A stretch of DNA of 59,397 nucleotides, taken from assembly GCA_038884575.1 (NCBI GenBank), contig JAWABQ010000004.1, forward strand, positions 1 through 59,397. The letters run 5' to 3'. Positions within the stretch are counted from its first letter, which is position 1. Each line of letters opens with the position of its first letter. Made by a program: the position numbers and the translations under genes. The DNA comes from Candidatus Woesearchaeota archaeon (GTDB lineage: Archaea > Nanobdellota > Nanobdellia > Woesearchaeales > ARS49). Under the pieces are notes generated by a model that saw only the letters and a list, made by a program, of their open reading frames with translations, did no database searches and was not told the origin of the DNA. Positions 34,458-45,500 of the stretch are shown here, one piece after another.

Positions 34458-34676
34458 TTACTTTACCTTATCCTCCAATGGCTTTTTTGCAGCTGCCTTT
34501 TTTGCCTCTGCCTCAAGGTCAACCCCCAGCTCTTTCAATGCCTTGACATGCATCTGCATCAATTGCTCGACTATTGCAAGAAGCCTTCCGAGCTCCTGCC
34601 TTTCCTTTGCAAGGGTTGTCAAAGCCCCCTTGTGGAATCCGACCTGTTCTGGTGAACCTTCTGTTTTCTTTGCCAT
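34458..34676 (-). CDS. Small coiled-coil hypothetical protein
   Basis: 72 aa MAKKTEG..FHKGALTTLAKERQEL; AGGAGG SD. Confidence 0.7.
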   Translation of the reverse strand: MAKKTEGSPEQVGFHKGALTTLAKERQELGRLLAIVEQLMQMHVKALKELGVDLEAEAKKAAAKKPLEDKVK

Positions 34677-34757
34677 AATGACCCTCCTGTATGACAATTA
34701 AGTCACACTGCAGCATAATACGTGAATCATGGATATAAATCTGATGGGACAAAAAAG

Positions 34758-35255
34758 TCATATGTCAAATTTTCCTATGATGTTGCCAGGATGCTTGTTG
34801 TTGAACAGCATTTCACTGCCTTCCATTAAGAACACATCATTGATTCTGGCTTCCAGAATTGAGCCCCAGCACTGCTCGCATATCCACCAGTGCCCCCAAA
34901 TGTAAATATCAGCATTTTCAGGATTGTGCCCTGCTTCTTTTGCATATGCTATTGCCCTTGACTCGCTGTGGTTTTTGGGATGGCAACCCTCGCACAATTC
35001 ATACCCCTGCCCTGTCGGCATGTTTAGCCTTTTTCTCTCGCAGCCGTATTGCTCGTGGTATTTGCTTCCGTTTGCGCCCCTGCCGATTATTTCACCACCC
35101 CTGACAACAAATGCTGCTGTCGGATGCTCCCTGTCAAGGGACATTATGCTTGCATATTTCCTCAATGCAGCCATGTACTTGTGGCTTGCAGGCACATAAA
35201 GAATAGTCCTGCCCTCAGGAATGTACGGATAAGCAATTGCATTTGCCAAAATCAC
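34758..35255 (-). CDS. Zn-dependent cytidine/dCMP deaminase family
   Basis: HSE..WICEQC; IIGRGANG. Confidence 0.85.
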   Translation of the reverse strand: MILANAIAYPYIPEGRTILYVPASHKYMAALRKYASIMSLDREHPTAAFVVRGGEIIGRGANGSKYHEQYGCERKRLNMPTGQGYELCEGCHPKNHSESRAIAYAKEAGHNPENADIYIWGHWWICEQCWGSILEARINDVFLMEGSEMLFNNKHPGNIIGKFDI

Positions 35256-35296
35256 TCACCTGCACAATGTTGCCTGGCAGGAGTTTATATATTTTT

Positions 35297-36568
35297 TCAG
35301 AACTCCCCCAGCGACTTTTGCGGGGTTTTTGGCTGCTCTCTTATTTTAGGCGCTGGTTTTGGCGCGCTTTCATCAAATATCGGGTGGCCGTACTCGCCGT
35401 CATAGCCAGGATGCCATTTTATTTCCTGCTTCCTGTTTCTCATTATGAGCTCCACGATTTTGGCGTCAGTTGCTGCTTTTAATTCGTCTTCTGTGGCATC
35501 AAGCAAAACAGCAAACTCATTCCCGAACTTTCCAACAAGGTCGTAATACACCTTGAATGTGTTTTTTGACGCAACAGGGCTGCCAATAGCTGCTGAAATA
35601 AGCTCTGACAACGGAATAATGCGGTAAAACTGCTTCAAATCAGGAAGTTTTTCGCCTTCTTTCCTGTCTGCAAGGTCTTCCACCCTGTGAGCAACGCCTA
35701 TTGTCAACGGCCTTTTGCACACAGGGCATATTTTGTTAACTTTGTTTGCCTCGGAGGGACTCATCACAACATTGCAGGCCCTGTGGCCGTCATAGTGGTA
35801 CTTTCCTTCTTCTGGGAAAAACTCAATTGTTCCTGCCAGCCCCTCGCCTGTCCTGATTGCTTTCAAAATATTCTTGTAAGTCAGCTCTTTCAGGTCAAAT
35901 ATTGTTGCCTCCCTGCCAATCCTCCAGGGCCAGAAGGAATGCATGTCTGAGAAAGACACGATGTTGATGTTGTCAAGCTGAGAAAGCCTGCGGTTCATTG
36001 CAGGGTCGCTGCTTATCCCTGTCTCAATCGCGTGAACGTTCTTTGTCTGGTCATGGAAGCAGTCTTTCAGCGAGTCATACCCGCTTTTGTCACCAAACAC
36101 CCCAAACCAAGGAGTCCATGCATGGGCAGGAATCACCTCAATATCATGGGAGATTGACTGCAGCATCTCAACAAATGCTGCTGAGGAAATATTGAAAATA
36201 GGCCTTCCGTCATAATCCAGGCGGCCTTTTTTGCCAAGGGCCTCACTAACCTGTTCAGCAACCTCCCTTGACGGAACAAGCACAACATGATGCACCCTTC
36301 TTCCTTTTCCGCCATCAGTGTAAACCAGGGAAATTTCTGTCTGATAAATGAACGGATAGCCTGTTTTTGTCTGATAAACCCCTGTTCCGGGAATCTCTGC
36401 CAGCCCCTGCTTAATCTCAGGACCCCATTCGGGATGCTGGAAATCTCCAGTGCCAAGCAGTCCAAGCCCTTTGAGCTTTGCATACTTCTCAAGGTTGGGC
36501 AGGTCTGTCTGCTTTGAGCATGCCCTTGAGAAACGGCTGTGAATGTGCAAGTCCGCAATAATTTTCAT
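35297..36568 (-). CDS. PHP-domain endonuclease Q-like protein
   Basis: ADLHIHSRFS, GTGDF, PAHAWTP, SDMHS, GKYHYDGHRAC..CPVC, PGYDGEYG. Confidence 0.88.
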   Translation of the reverse strand: MKIIADLHIHSRFSRACSKQTDLPNLEKYAKLKGLGLLGTGDFQHPEWGPEIKQGLAEIPGTGVYQTKTGYPFIYQTEISLVYTDGGKGRRVHHVVLVPSREVAEQVSEALGKKGRLDYDGRPIFNISSAAFVEMLQSISHDIEVIPAHAWTPWFGVFGDKSGYDSLKDCFHDQTKNVHAIETGISSDPAMNRRLSQLDNINIVSFSDMHSFWPWRIGREATIFDLKELTYKNILKAIRTGEGLAGTIEFFPEEGKYHYDGHRACNVVMSPSEANKVNKICPVCKRPLTIGVAHRVEDLADRKEGEKLPDLKQFYRIIPLSELISAAIGSPVASKNTFKVYYDLVGKFGNEFAVLLDATEDELKAATDAKIVELIMRNRKQEIKWHPGYDGEYGHPIFDESAPKPAPKIREQPKTPQKSLGEF

Positions 36569-36735
36569 TGTGATATGTTTCTTTTGGGTTAATATAAAAT
36601 ACTTACTGATAACGTGCGCGTACCGCGCAAGACACATATCTGTTGTTCAAGCTTTCTTCAAAAAAATAAAATTTATGGTTGGTCTCTGTGGCGTAGCCGC
36701 CCTATTAGCAGTATTAAGCACAGTTATGCAGCCCC

Positions 36736-37692
36736 TCACTTCAAATACTGCTGCAGGTTGAGCTCCACAATCACGAAAACAACATAAAACAGTATGAGTG
36801 AGACCCCCTCTTTCCAGGTCAGCTTGTCTCCGCTCTCAATAAATGTCGCGAACAGGAATGTTATTGCTATCATGAATGCAGCGCTTGTAACAAACAACAG
36901 GAATGAATTGGTTATAGGCGTGATAAGCGCGGTTATTGCAAGCACTATTGTCGAGTTAACCACCACTGCACCGACAAGGTCGCCTATTGCGAGCGGCGCG
37001 TGCTTTGCCATCACTGCCCTTGCGCTGAATGTCAAATCAGGCAAAGACGTGCCAATCGCGACAAAGAACAAACCAATAATTATCGGCGGCAGGCCAAGTA
37101 TTGTTGCGAGCTCTGAGCCGTAATGCACAACCATTTTTGAGCTAAAATACAAGCCGACTGCGCAGACAATAAACACTGCAAATGTAAGGGCAGCAATCCA
37201 GTGCGGCACGTGGTTGTCATACCCCTTCTCATACTGCGCATGCTTTGACGTAATCATTTCATACATGTATATTGCGAACGCGCCAAGGAGGATAAGGCCG
37301 TCAAGCCTTGACAGCTCCCTTCCAAAATACATGAGGACCATCGGCAGAGCTGTAAGAAACACCATCCCAAAGACCTCGCGCGGAATGATTTTGCGCTCAA
37401 TCTTTATCCCCCTTGCCAGCAGTATTGCTATCCCCGCAATAAGGGTCAGGTCAACTATGTTTGAGCCGATCACGTTTCCAAGCGAGATTGTGGGCTTTCC
37501 TGCCAAGGCAGAGCTTATACCGACAAAAAGCTCAGGAAGCGAGGTGCAGAAGGCCATTATTATGAATGCGGCAATAAACTCATTTATCCGCAAAAAAGCA
37601 GAAATTTTTGACAGGCTTTTCACAAGCAGCCAGCCCGAAAGCACAAGCAGTATGCATGCTCCGAGGAACAGCCCTATAGTTGCAAGCACCAT
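36736..37692 (-). CDS. Na+/Ca2+ (CaCA, YrbG-like) antiporter
   Basis: TSLPEL..GNVIGSN and GTSLPD..GDLVGA alpha repeats. Confidence 0.9.
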   Translation of the reverse strand: MVLATIGLFLGACILLVLSGWLLVKSLSKISAFLRINEFIAAFIIMAFCTSLPELFVGISSALAGKPTISLGNVIGSNIVDLTLIAGIAILLARGIKIERKIIPREVFGMVFLTALPMVLMYFGRELSRLDGLILLGAFAIYMYEMITSKHAQYEKGYDNHVPHWIAALTFAVFIVCAVGLYFSSKMVVHYGSELATILGLPPIIIGLFFVAIGTSLPDLTFSARAVMAKHAPLAIGDLVGAVVVNSTIVLAITALITPITNSFLLFVTSAAFMIAITFLFATFIESGDKLTWKEGVSLILFYVVFVIVELNLQQYLK

Positions 37693-37752
37693 CTTTTTTC
37701 AGTGCCTTTGCAGAAAGAAGGTTATTTATACCTTTTGGTCTGAAAGCCGCGC

Positions 37753-38265
37753 ATGCCAAGGCACAGGCGGGGAATATTCGGCTTCATTTTGGAGTGGATT
37801 GCAAAGCTGCTATACTTTGCCTCGCTGTCATCGCTGATTCCATTCGGGGCAATGATTCTGACACAGCGTCCTGACAGGATTCCGCAAACACTGTCATACC
37901 TGCCGCTGACCGCGCTCGGCCTCCTGATTGTCAGCGCAGCCCTGCTCCTTGCCTACCACAAAAGCCTTGCGCACACAATAGCCGCGCTTGGCTGGATGAC
38001 GCTGATTCCAGGCATTGGCGCTCTTGCATTCATGATTGTGAACAGGCAGGCAGTGCTTGACTTTTTCGCAAAAACAATACTTGGGTTTGAAAAAATCGAG
38101 CCTTATGTTGCCGAATACCTTGACAATGTCCTGCCAAAAGTGTGGCTTTTTGTAATCGCATACGTGATTATCGGGCTTGTGCTGCTGCAAATCGCAGGCA
38201 GGATTGGGCGCGAGCATTCAATCTGGTCCAGGATAAGAAGATTGCTCGGGCTTCGCAGGCATTAG
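37753..38265 (+). CDS. Hypothetical multi-pass membrane protein
   Basis: 170 aa, about 4 TMs; TTTATA upstream. Confidence 0.65.
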   Translation: MPRHRRGIFGFILEWIAKLLYFASLSSLIPFGAMILTQRPDRIPQTLSYLPLTALGLLIVSAALLLAYHKSLAHTIAALGWMTLIPGIGALAFMIVNRQAVLDFFAKTILGFEKIEPYVAEYLDNVLPKVWLFVIAYVIIGLVLLQIAGRIGREHSIWSRIRRLLGLRRH

Positions 38266-39245
38266 CCCTTGTATTCCCTGAACCAGTCCCATGTTTTCTT
38301 CAGCCCCTCTTCAAGGGAAACTTTGGGCTCGTAATCAAGCAGCTTTTTTGCCCTCTCAATTGAGGCCTGGGAATGCGGTATGTCCTCTTTTCTGGGCTCC
38401 TTGTGCTCAACCTTGAATGCCGTGCCTGAGACCTTTGCAATTTTTTCTGCAAGCTCAAGTATTGCAGTCTCTTTGCCAGAGCCTATGTTTACCACAATCC
38501 CCGGCTCAAACTTTTTTGTCAAAGCCGCGATTATTGCGTCGCAGATGTCCTCCACGTATACAAAGTCCCTTGTCTGCTTTCCGTCACCAAAAATCGTGAA
38601 CTGCTGCTTTTTCTTTGCCTGGGACATGAAGTTTGATATTACCCCGCTGTAGCCTGATGACGGGTTCTGGTCAGGGCCATACACATTGAAGAACCTGAGT
38701 ATTGCTGTCTCAATGCCATGCTCGCGCGCATACATCCTTGCAATCCCCTCTGCAGCAAGCTTGCTTATCGCATAAGGCGACAATGGCTCTGTCCTTGCGT
38801 GCTCGCTTGTCGGCAGACGGTCGTTCGAGCCGTAAACAGCTGCTGTCGAGGCAATAACCATCTTCCTTATGTTGCCCAGCCTTGCAGCCTCAAGCAAATG
38901 TATTGTCTTCCCGTAAATCTCATTGCAGTACTTCAGCGGGTTTCTTACTGACTCCTCAACAGAAATCGGAGCTGCAAGGTGCACTATTGCATCAACAGCA
39001 GGCGACGGGTCCTTGTGCTTCAGGTTCTTGCGCACTTTTATCATGTTAAGGACCATTCTCATGTCATCAACATCCTGGTTCCACACCTCAACCTTTTCAT
39101 CTGCCTCAAGCTCTTTTTCGCGCCTTCTTGACGCCTCGCCTGCAGAATAATTGTCAATGGCGTCAACATCATGGTTTTGCTTGCGGAGCTTTTTGATTAG
39201 GTGGCTACCGATAAAACCAGCGCCCCCTGTCACCAAAACATGCAT
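38262..39245 (-). CDS. NAD-dependent nucleotide-sugar epimerase/dehydratase
   Basis: TGGAGFIGSH, HLAA, YAISK, LRFFNVYGP, GDGKQTRDF. Confidence 0.93.
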   Translation of the reverse strand: MHVLVTGGAGFIGSHLIKKLRKQNHDVDAIDNYSAGEASRRREKELEADEKVEVWNQDVDDMRMVLNMIKVRKNLKHKDPSPAVDAIVHLAAPISVEESVRNPLKYCNEIYGKTIHLLEAARLGNIRKMVIASTAAVYGSNDRLPTSEHARTEPLSPYAISKLAAEGIARMYAREHGIETAILRFFNVYGPDQNPSSGYSGVISNFMSQAKKKQQFTIFGDGKQTRDFVYVEDICDAIIAALTKKFEPGIVVNIGSGKETAILELAEKIAKVSGTAFKVEHKEPRKEDIPHSQASIERAKKLLDYEPKVSLEEGLKKTWDWFREYKG

Positions 39246-39366
39246 GAAACTCCCCTATAACAACCGCTATTTAAAAATTTGCGGTTGCACCTGCAACAGT
39301 ACTGAAAAGCACAGGAATTGCAAAAATGCCGAGGTTTTAAAAATAGGCAGGCAATTGTGCTGTCTT

Positions 39367-40104
39367 ATGGTGGGGGAGCGCTACGGGCAGAGCCTTGACA
39401 TAGGCAAGGAGATCGAGAAGGAAAAGGAGGAAGAACAACAGCCGCTTCCGTGCACATGCAGCCCTGATTTGCGCAAAAAAAACCAGCCTGCAGAACAGGA
39501 TACTGCTGAAAACAAGGAGGAAAAAGCAGAGGCAAAACAGGATTCTGAAAAAACAGCCCAGCCAGAGGCAGGCAAGGCGCAGGAATCGAGCCAGGGGCAG
39601 CAGGAACCACAACAGCAAAAGCAGGCAGAAGCCCAGGCACAACAGCATGCTGAAACGCAGGCGCCAGGGCAGCAGGCGCAGGAGCAACAAATGCCTCCTG
39701 AACAGGAAACACCACCAGAACTGCCTGTGACAGACCCTGTGGAAGAGGATGTCAATGCAATAATCACAAAAGAAATACCAGAGCTTCCGGCCAAAACAAG
39801 CATCTGGACAAACAAATGGCTCCTCGGAATTATTTTTGTTGCGCTGATTACAGGAATTTTCCTTGCCTGGATGAAGCTTGCCCCGGAAAATACGCAGTCA
39901 CTGCCGCAGCCAACGCAATCCGGGCCTGTCTCGCTGGTTGTTTACAATGCCTCAGAGCCTGCTGCAGCGCCAGCCATGCCTGACCAAGCACAGCCAACAG
40001 CGCCGGCAGCTCCAGAACGCATTCCTGAACAGCAAAAAAAGCCCGCAGAGCCAAAATCCATCGACGAGCTTTCTGAATTCTTCTCAGAGCAGCTCAAGGA
40101 CTAA
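39367..40104 (+). CDS. Low-complexity Q/E/P-rich single-TM protein
   Basis: Acidic/Gln-rich N-terminal part, TM WLLGIIFVALITGIFLAW; start inferred. Confidence 0.65.
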   Translation: MVGERYGQSLDIGKEIEKEKEEEQQPLPCTCSPDLRKKNQPAEQDTAENKEEKAEAKQDSEKTAQPEAGKAQESSQGQQEPQQQKQAEAQAQQHAETQAPGQQAQEQQMPPEQETPPELPVTDPVEEDVNAIITKEIPELPAKTSIWTNKWLLGIIFVALITGIFLAWMKLAPENTQSLPQPTQSGPVSLVVYNASEPAAAPAMPDQAQPTAPAAPERIPEQQKKPAEPKSIDELSEFFSEQLKD

Positions 40105-40907
40105 TAGCCAGCCTGCAAATTCCTGCTTCTTGCAGCATCCCTTGCATTCACTGCCTCTTCTGCCTCGATTATGCTGTTCCTGTTCCTGTCAACCCTGTTG
40201 TAATTCTCAAAAAGTTTTTGGTCAGAAAGCCTGCCCTCCTTTGCCTCAACAATAAAAACATACTCCTTCAGCGCCTTTGCAGCCGCATCATCGTATGAGA
40301 AGAAGAAGCTGCCGTTAGGGCTGTAAAACCTTGCCTCATTTTTTGTCTCAAGAAGCATGATTTCTTTCCCTTTCTGGCACGAAATGTTCGGGATGCACGC
40401 AGCAATGCCGACTAAAAGCGACGCAGCAGCTGCAATATGCCTCCAGCAAGGCACCCTCCTTGGAGCATAGATTATGCCGTCGCGCCTCTTAATCCTGGGC
40501 TCTGTAATAAAATAGTGCCTGTGCATCGCATTGAACTGGCGGTATGCAACATCAACAAGTATGTTGCCCTCTTTCACCCTGACGACAGCGCAGGCATGGG
40601 AAACCTGGGCGCCCTTGCTGTCAACAGAAACATGCGCATAATAAGCCTTAAGCCTCATTTTCCTTGCAATCTCAACATAAAGCACAGCCATGTCACTGCA
40701 TACCCCTTTCCTGCGCTCAAGCGTGTATTCAGGCTCATAAGGCAGGCCGTCATCAATGCAGTCATCAATTGCCTTTTTGCGGTCAAGGTCATACTCAATG
40801 TTTTTTGCCATCCAGTCATAGATTGCAGCAGCCCTGTCAATAGCTGGCGCTGCAGGAAGCACTGTCCTTGAAATCAATTCAACAGCAGAGGCAAGGGTTA
40901 AGCCCAT
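40101..40907 (-). CDS. Transglutaminase-like protein with TM and EF-hand-like motif
   Basis: IYDWMAKNIEYD, GVCSDMA, SHAC, LVD triad; DRNRNSIIEAEE. Confidence 0.8.
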   Translation of the reverse strand: MGLTLASAVELISRTVLPAAPAIDRAAAIYDWMAKNIEYDLDRKKAIDDCIDDGLPYEPEYTLERRKGVCSDMAVLYVEIARKMRLKAYYAHVSVDSKGAQVSHACAVVRVKEGNILVDVAYRQFNAMHRHYFITEPRIKRRDGIIYAPRRVPCWRHIAAAASLLVGIAACIPNISCQKGKEIMLLETKNEARFYSPNGSFFFSYDDAAAKALKEYVFIVEAKEGRLSDQKLFENYNRVDRNRNSIIEAEEAVNARDAARSRNLQAGY

Positions 40908-41109
40908 TTTTTCAAATCCCCCAAGCCCCTGAGGGAGCAAGGGGGCATCCGCTTGTTTCCAAGGGATAAGCCATAATAAGCATTGCAAATTAAAGAGCCT
41001 TTTGGCAAAAAAACCGCAAATTTTCCGACGACAAAACAAGAATTTCCGCGCCTTGCCGCAGATTTGCGGAATACTGCCTTAATTCCGGAAATTTTCCGCT
41101 TTTGCCGGT

Positions 41110-41721
41110 TCAGCCCTTGACCCACCTGAGGTATGCAACAGGGCTTGCGGCAAGTATCCCGTACTCAGGGTTGGCAAGCACGTACAATGCAGCAAAGTCA
41201 GTGCCTGCTGCCTGGCCTGCAATGTAATGGTCAGGGGCATAGCCGCGGGCAAATGAGACTGCACCATTGCGGAAAGCAAGCGGCACCTCCTCGCAGCTCA
41301 GCGGGGCTCCTGTGATTTTGTACGCATAAGTGCACAAATACGCTGACATGTAAGGCGTCGGGTCAAAATAATAATAGCCTGCAATGCCTGAATAAGTGTG
41401 GATTGAGCCCTTCTTCAGGGTCATATGGCTGTAATAGCTCACTTCAGGAACCGCAATCCTGTCCACCATGAAAAAAACCTCCTGCGGGGCAAGGATTTCT
41501 GCAGGCGGAAGCTGGTCCATTGTGTAATTTGCCTTGTGGAAAGGCAGCTGCGGCAAAGGGGGCATGTTTTTTGGCGCAACCCTGAAAACATCAGAGCCCA
41601 CATTAAACAGCTCATAATCCCCAACAGCAGCGCCGGTTATTGACTTGTACGATACGCAGAGCATAAGCGCAAGCGCGCCGATTGCCACAATCCCAAACAA
41701 AACAAGTTCCCATTTATTCAT
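41110..41721 (-). CDS. Secreted/anchored hypothetical protein, last gene of surface operon
   Basis: MNKWELVLFGIVAIG..ITGAAV; overlaps upstream stop. Confidence 0.7.
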   Translation of the reverse strand: MNKWELVLFGIVAIGALALMLCVSYKSITGAAVGDYELFNVGSDVFRVAPKNMPPLPQLPFHKANYTMDQLPPAEILAPQEVFFMVDRIAVPEVSYYSHMTLKKGSIHTYSGIAGYYYFDPTPYMSAYLCTYAYKITGAPLSCEEVPLAFRNGAVSFARGYAPDHYIAGQAAGTDFAALYVLANPEYGILAASPVAYLRWVKG

Positions 41722-42523
41722 TCTCAACCACCTTTTTAACAGCAGCAACCCAGAGCACCCTTGTCCAGGCAACAGCAGGAAGCGAAACAACAATGCCGAA
41801 AACAAGGGGACAGTAAGGGCTGTAGCTCATAAGCGCAAAGGGCACTGCAACAGCCATGAAAAGCACTGCTGCGCCAATAATGTGCACAGGCAAAAGGAGC
41901 CTCCATGCCTTTGCGCAAGCCACAAAAGTGCTCCTGAAAACATTGGCAGGCAATGAGCCGTATGACGCAAACACAAAATACGCAAAAGCCCAATAAACCA
42001 GCAATGCCGTCATGTTCGCAGCCTTCAGCCCCATCACAGGCATTATTGAGGATGTTGCGCCCTCAACCAGCTTCAATACAACAATGCTCACAGGAACAAG
42101 GGCAAGAATCCAAAGCAGGCTCATTCCAAGAAATTTCAGTGCAAAATCAGCAGGGGAAACCTTTTTTCCAAGGGTTTTGTGCGCCAAAAACCACACAATA
42201 CCCTTGCAGGCAAGCCATGCAACAGCAGCCCCTCCCAAAAACAGGAAGATGTACTGCAGCAGCAAATGGTATTCTGCTGCAAATTCCTGCGAGGCGCCAA
42301 ATGAGATGTTCTGCAGGGTTTCTGCCTCTGCAACAGCCCTTGCCTGCTCGCCAATCATTTGCGTCAGCCTGGCAAGGTGCTCGCTTGCCCTGCTGAAAAC
42401 ACTGTAATGCAGCCTCACAATGGCATAAACAAACACGAAATCAACAGCAACAGCAATGAGTCCAAGCCTTTTGTTGCCCACAAACGACTTCCACGACTTT
42501 GAAACAATAGAAACAAAGCTCAT
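41714..42523 (-). CDS. Multi-pass membrane protein
   Basis: About 6 TMs; ATGA overlap with giant ORF stop. Confidence 0.75.
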   Translation of the reverse strand: MSFVSIVSKSWKSFVGNKRLGLIAVAVDFVFVYAIVRLHYSVFSRASEHLARLTQMIGEQARAVAEAETLQNISFGASQEFAAEYHLLLQYIFLFLGGAAVAWLACKGIVWFLAHKTLGKKVSPADFALKFLGMSLLWILALVPVSIVVLKLVEGATSSIMPVMGLKAANMTALLVYWAFAYFVFASYGSLPANVFRSTFVACAKAWRLLLPVHIIGAAVLFMAVAVPFALMSYSPYCPLVFGIVVSLPAVAWTRVLWVAAVKKVVENE

Positions 42524-45500
42524 CTTGTCATCTTGCAGCACTCGCAGTCTGCTGCTTCAAGTGATTCATATCCCTGCGTTATGCAATCATCTCTTGGTAT
42601 TCCACAGGTGCCATTAAGCTCTGCACAAGTCTTTGCTGCTGCTGGCGCAGGAGCAGCCGGAGCTGCTGCTGGTGCGCTTTGGAATTCCCACTTGTAGCTG
42701 CCATACCTGCTGACAATGTCAATAGGCGCAACTTTCTGCACGTCAGATGCATTCAAAGCCACGTAATTGTCCCCTGCGTACTGGTATGCCCTGTATTCCC
42801 ATTTGCTTTCGCCCGAATCAAGCTTAACGAAAGTCATTGTAACATCCTTGTTTGCAGTAATGTTGGGGTAAGTTATGAGAAGCACCTGGCCTTTTGGCTT
42901 CTCATTAAGCTCTGTGATTGTGTGCATTACTGACTGCACGTATTCTTTTTTCGCGCAACGCACCTTGAAATCAACTGTCTTTTGCTGCTGCTCGCCTGTT
43001 TCAGGGTCTGTGCTTATCTGGTCTGTCTGGGTGCCCTGACTGTTTGCATCATAAAGCGTGAATACTGCCTTCCAGCTCACAACAGTGTTTGGATTGCACC
43101 CCTGCTCCACAGGCCCTTCTTTCACAGGCACATATTTCACAAGCAGCTGCAATGCATTCACGTTGTTAAACTCAGCCCTGCTGAAATCAATCGACACAGA
43201 GACAGTCTGCGCAACACCTGCTGCTGTAAGAGCACCTGGCATGTTGAATGACACGTGGTTTACAGGCACGTCAGGCGACTGATAGCCGGATGCAAGCACA
43301 TTGCCAACAGCATAGCGCATGTACCCATTGCGGTCAGGCTCAAGCTTTGGAGCAGCAGGGTTAATCTGCCAGACCTCGTACTTTGACTCTGCTGCTGTCG
43401 GCTTGCCGTATTCAGGGAAGTTTATCAGGAATGTGTAATTGTTGGCAGCAGGGTTAAAGCCTTCTTTCACATTGATGAAAGTCACAAACTTCTTGGTGGA
43501 TATCACAGGCCATATTGCCTGCTCTGGCTCTGCAGCCCTTGCGCCTGTAATGCTGTGGCGCGCTATTGTTTCCTCATTCACCTCAAACCTGCCCAGGATA
43601 TCATCACCTGGCTCAGGGACAAGCTTTGTGTAAACCCCGTTTGTGGAAAGCTCATAAGGCAGGCTTGTTGCCTCATTGGTAATCTGCAGCGGCTTTGTGG
43701 TGCCGTCAGGAAGCAAACCGTCAACAACGCGGTTTGCAGCATCCCGTATCTCATATGTCAGGAACTTCCTTCCCTGGCTCTGGAACCTCCTGTCTTCTGA
43801 GATTTTTTGCTTGATTTCAAGGCTGAAATTAAGCTTGTCTGTGAGGGCAAAGGCAGGCTGGTTTGCAGGAAGCACTGCTTTTGCAGACAGGATTTTAATC
43901 CCGCTCTCCTGCTCTCCAAACAAACACCTGAACTTGCCGCTGAACGCATCAAGCGCGCAGAACGCAGGGGCTGCCCCGCCTGTCTCGCGGATTGAGCACT
44001 CTGCCTTGCCTGTGCGCATCTGCCTTGTCATCGGGTCCATCCATTCCCATTCAAGGATTGCAGTATCATACCTGTAGCCTGCATTTGCATAGGAATTCTG
44101 CGGACTGACAACAAACGGTGCATCAAAGCTGACAAAGTCATACTTCTTTGCCAATCCTGTACCAAGGTCAGGGGCGCTCACAGTCATGACCTGCTCTTTT
44201 CCATAACAGTCGCATTTGCCATTGGGATAGTCGCGCAAGTCGCAGCTGAAATCAGGGCTGCACTTCAGCTTAAGCCAGTACCTTACATCTGCGCCTGCAA
44301 TAAGGCCTCCGGCAATCCTGTAAGCCCAGGTTGTGAGCCCGCTCGGGTCTGTTGTCGGGTCATAGCTGATGAAAGTGCGCTCACAGGTTGTCAGCGCAGC
44401 GCTTGTGTCAAGCGGCATTTCCTCAACCTGCTCCTGGAACAAGCCCCTTACATTAAGGTCCCATGTTCCTGTAAATGCCCAGATGCAGATTGCATGCACA
44501 AGCTTGCGCTCGCTGAACAATGACCTGAACAAGGGAGAATCACCATATCGCTGGTTTATGCTCTTTGTCACTGCAGTGCCCGCGCCTGTGATTGCAGAAA
44601 GCACATCATCAAAGCCCCCAAGCCCAAGCCTCATCCCAACCCCTGGAGTGTTGAACTTCTGCGTGAAGCAGGTTATGACCTCATAAAACAGGTCGCATAT
44701 TGTTCCTGAAAGCTTTGCCTCGCAGAAACCCTCGCTTCCCTCGCCTGTCAGGAGTATCTTGCTGAAGCAGCCATGCAGGGCATTAAGCACCCCGCGCCAC
44801 ATCTGCAAATAGCCAATGACTGCAGGCAGGCATATGCACTGGATGCTCCTCAGCATCCCGGACTTGGGCTCAACAATGTATGTTTTCTCAGGAGTCCCGA
44901 CAATCTCATAAACCTGCTTCCATGCCTGCCTTATGTTGCCTGAAAGCTGGCAGGGCGTGATTGTGTAGCCGCTCGGGCTGCTTCCCTCGCAAAGCGCATC
45001 ATAAAGGCACTTTATCTGCGCCTCCTCTGTCAACTTTTCCTGCGTCTTTCCTGCCTGGGTTTTCACAGATGTCTGCTGCTCAAAGCACCTGGTCACATCT
45101 GTCTCAAGCGCTGCAGTAAGGCCTGAGCGCAGGGTCAGCTGGTTTGCCTTCTTAACGCCCGCCTCCTGCTCTGACATGCCCTGGAACTGCACTGTCTTTG
45201 CAACATAGCCCGAATAAACAGAATATCCTGTGGCTGTCCCGCCGCCTCCAAGCTCTGCAATCGAAGGGCTCCTGAACGAAAGGCGGCCTGCAGTGAAATT
45301 CCTTGGCACTACAAACAGGAAAACATCATTGTTGTCAGCGCCAGGCCTTGCAGGCAACGGGCCCTCCCACCGCGCCTCAACCCTCACAGGCTGCGCCTCT
45401 GGCTCCCCTGTATTTGACTCGCAGAAGCCCGCGACTGCATTCCACACCTGGTTGCAGCCAAGCTTTGCAAGGTCTTCTGAGTTTGCCTGCTGCGCTGACA

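Noticed and set aside
36683-36702. Variable core sharing CGCCACAGAG with the tRNA-Ser(GGA) intron junction
   Set aside because: A 10-nt match is plausible by chance in 59 kb.
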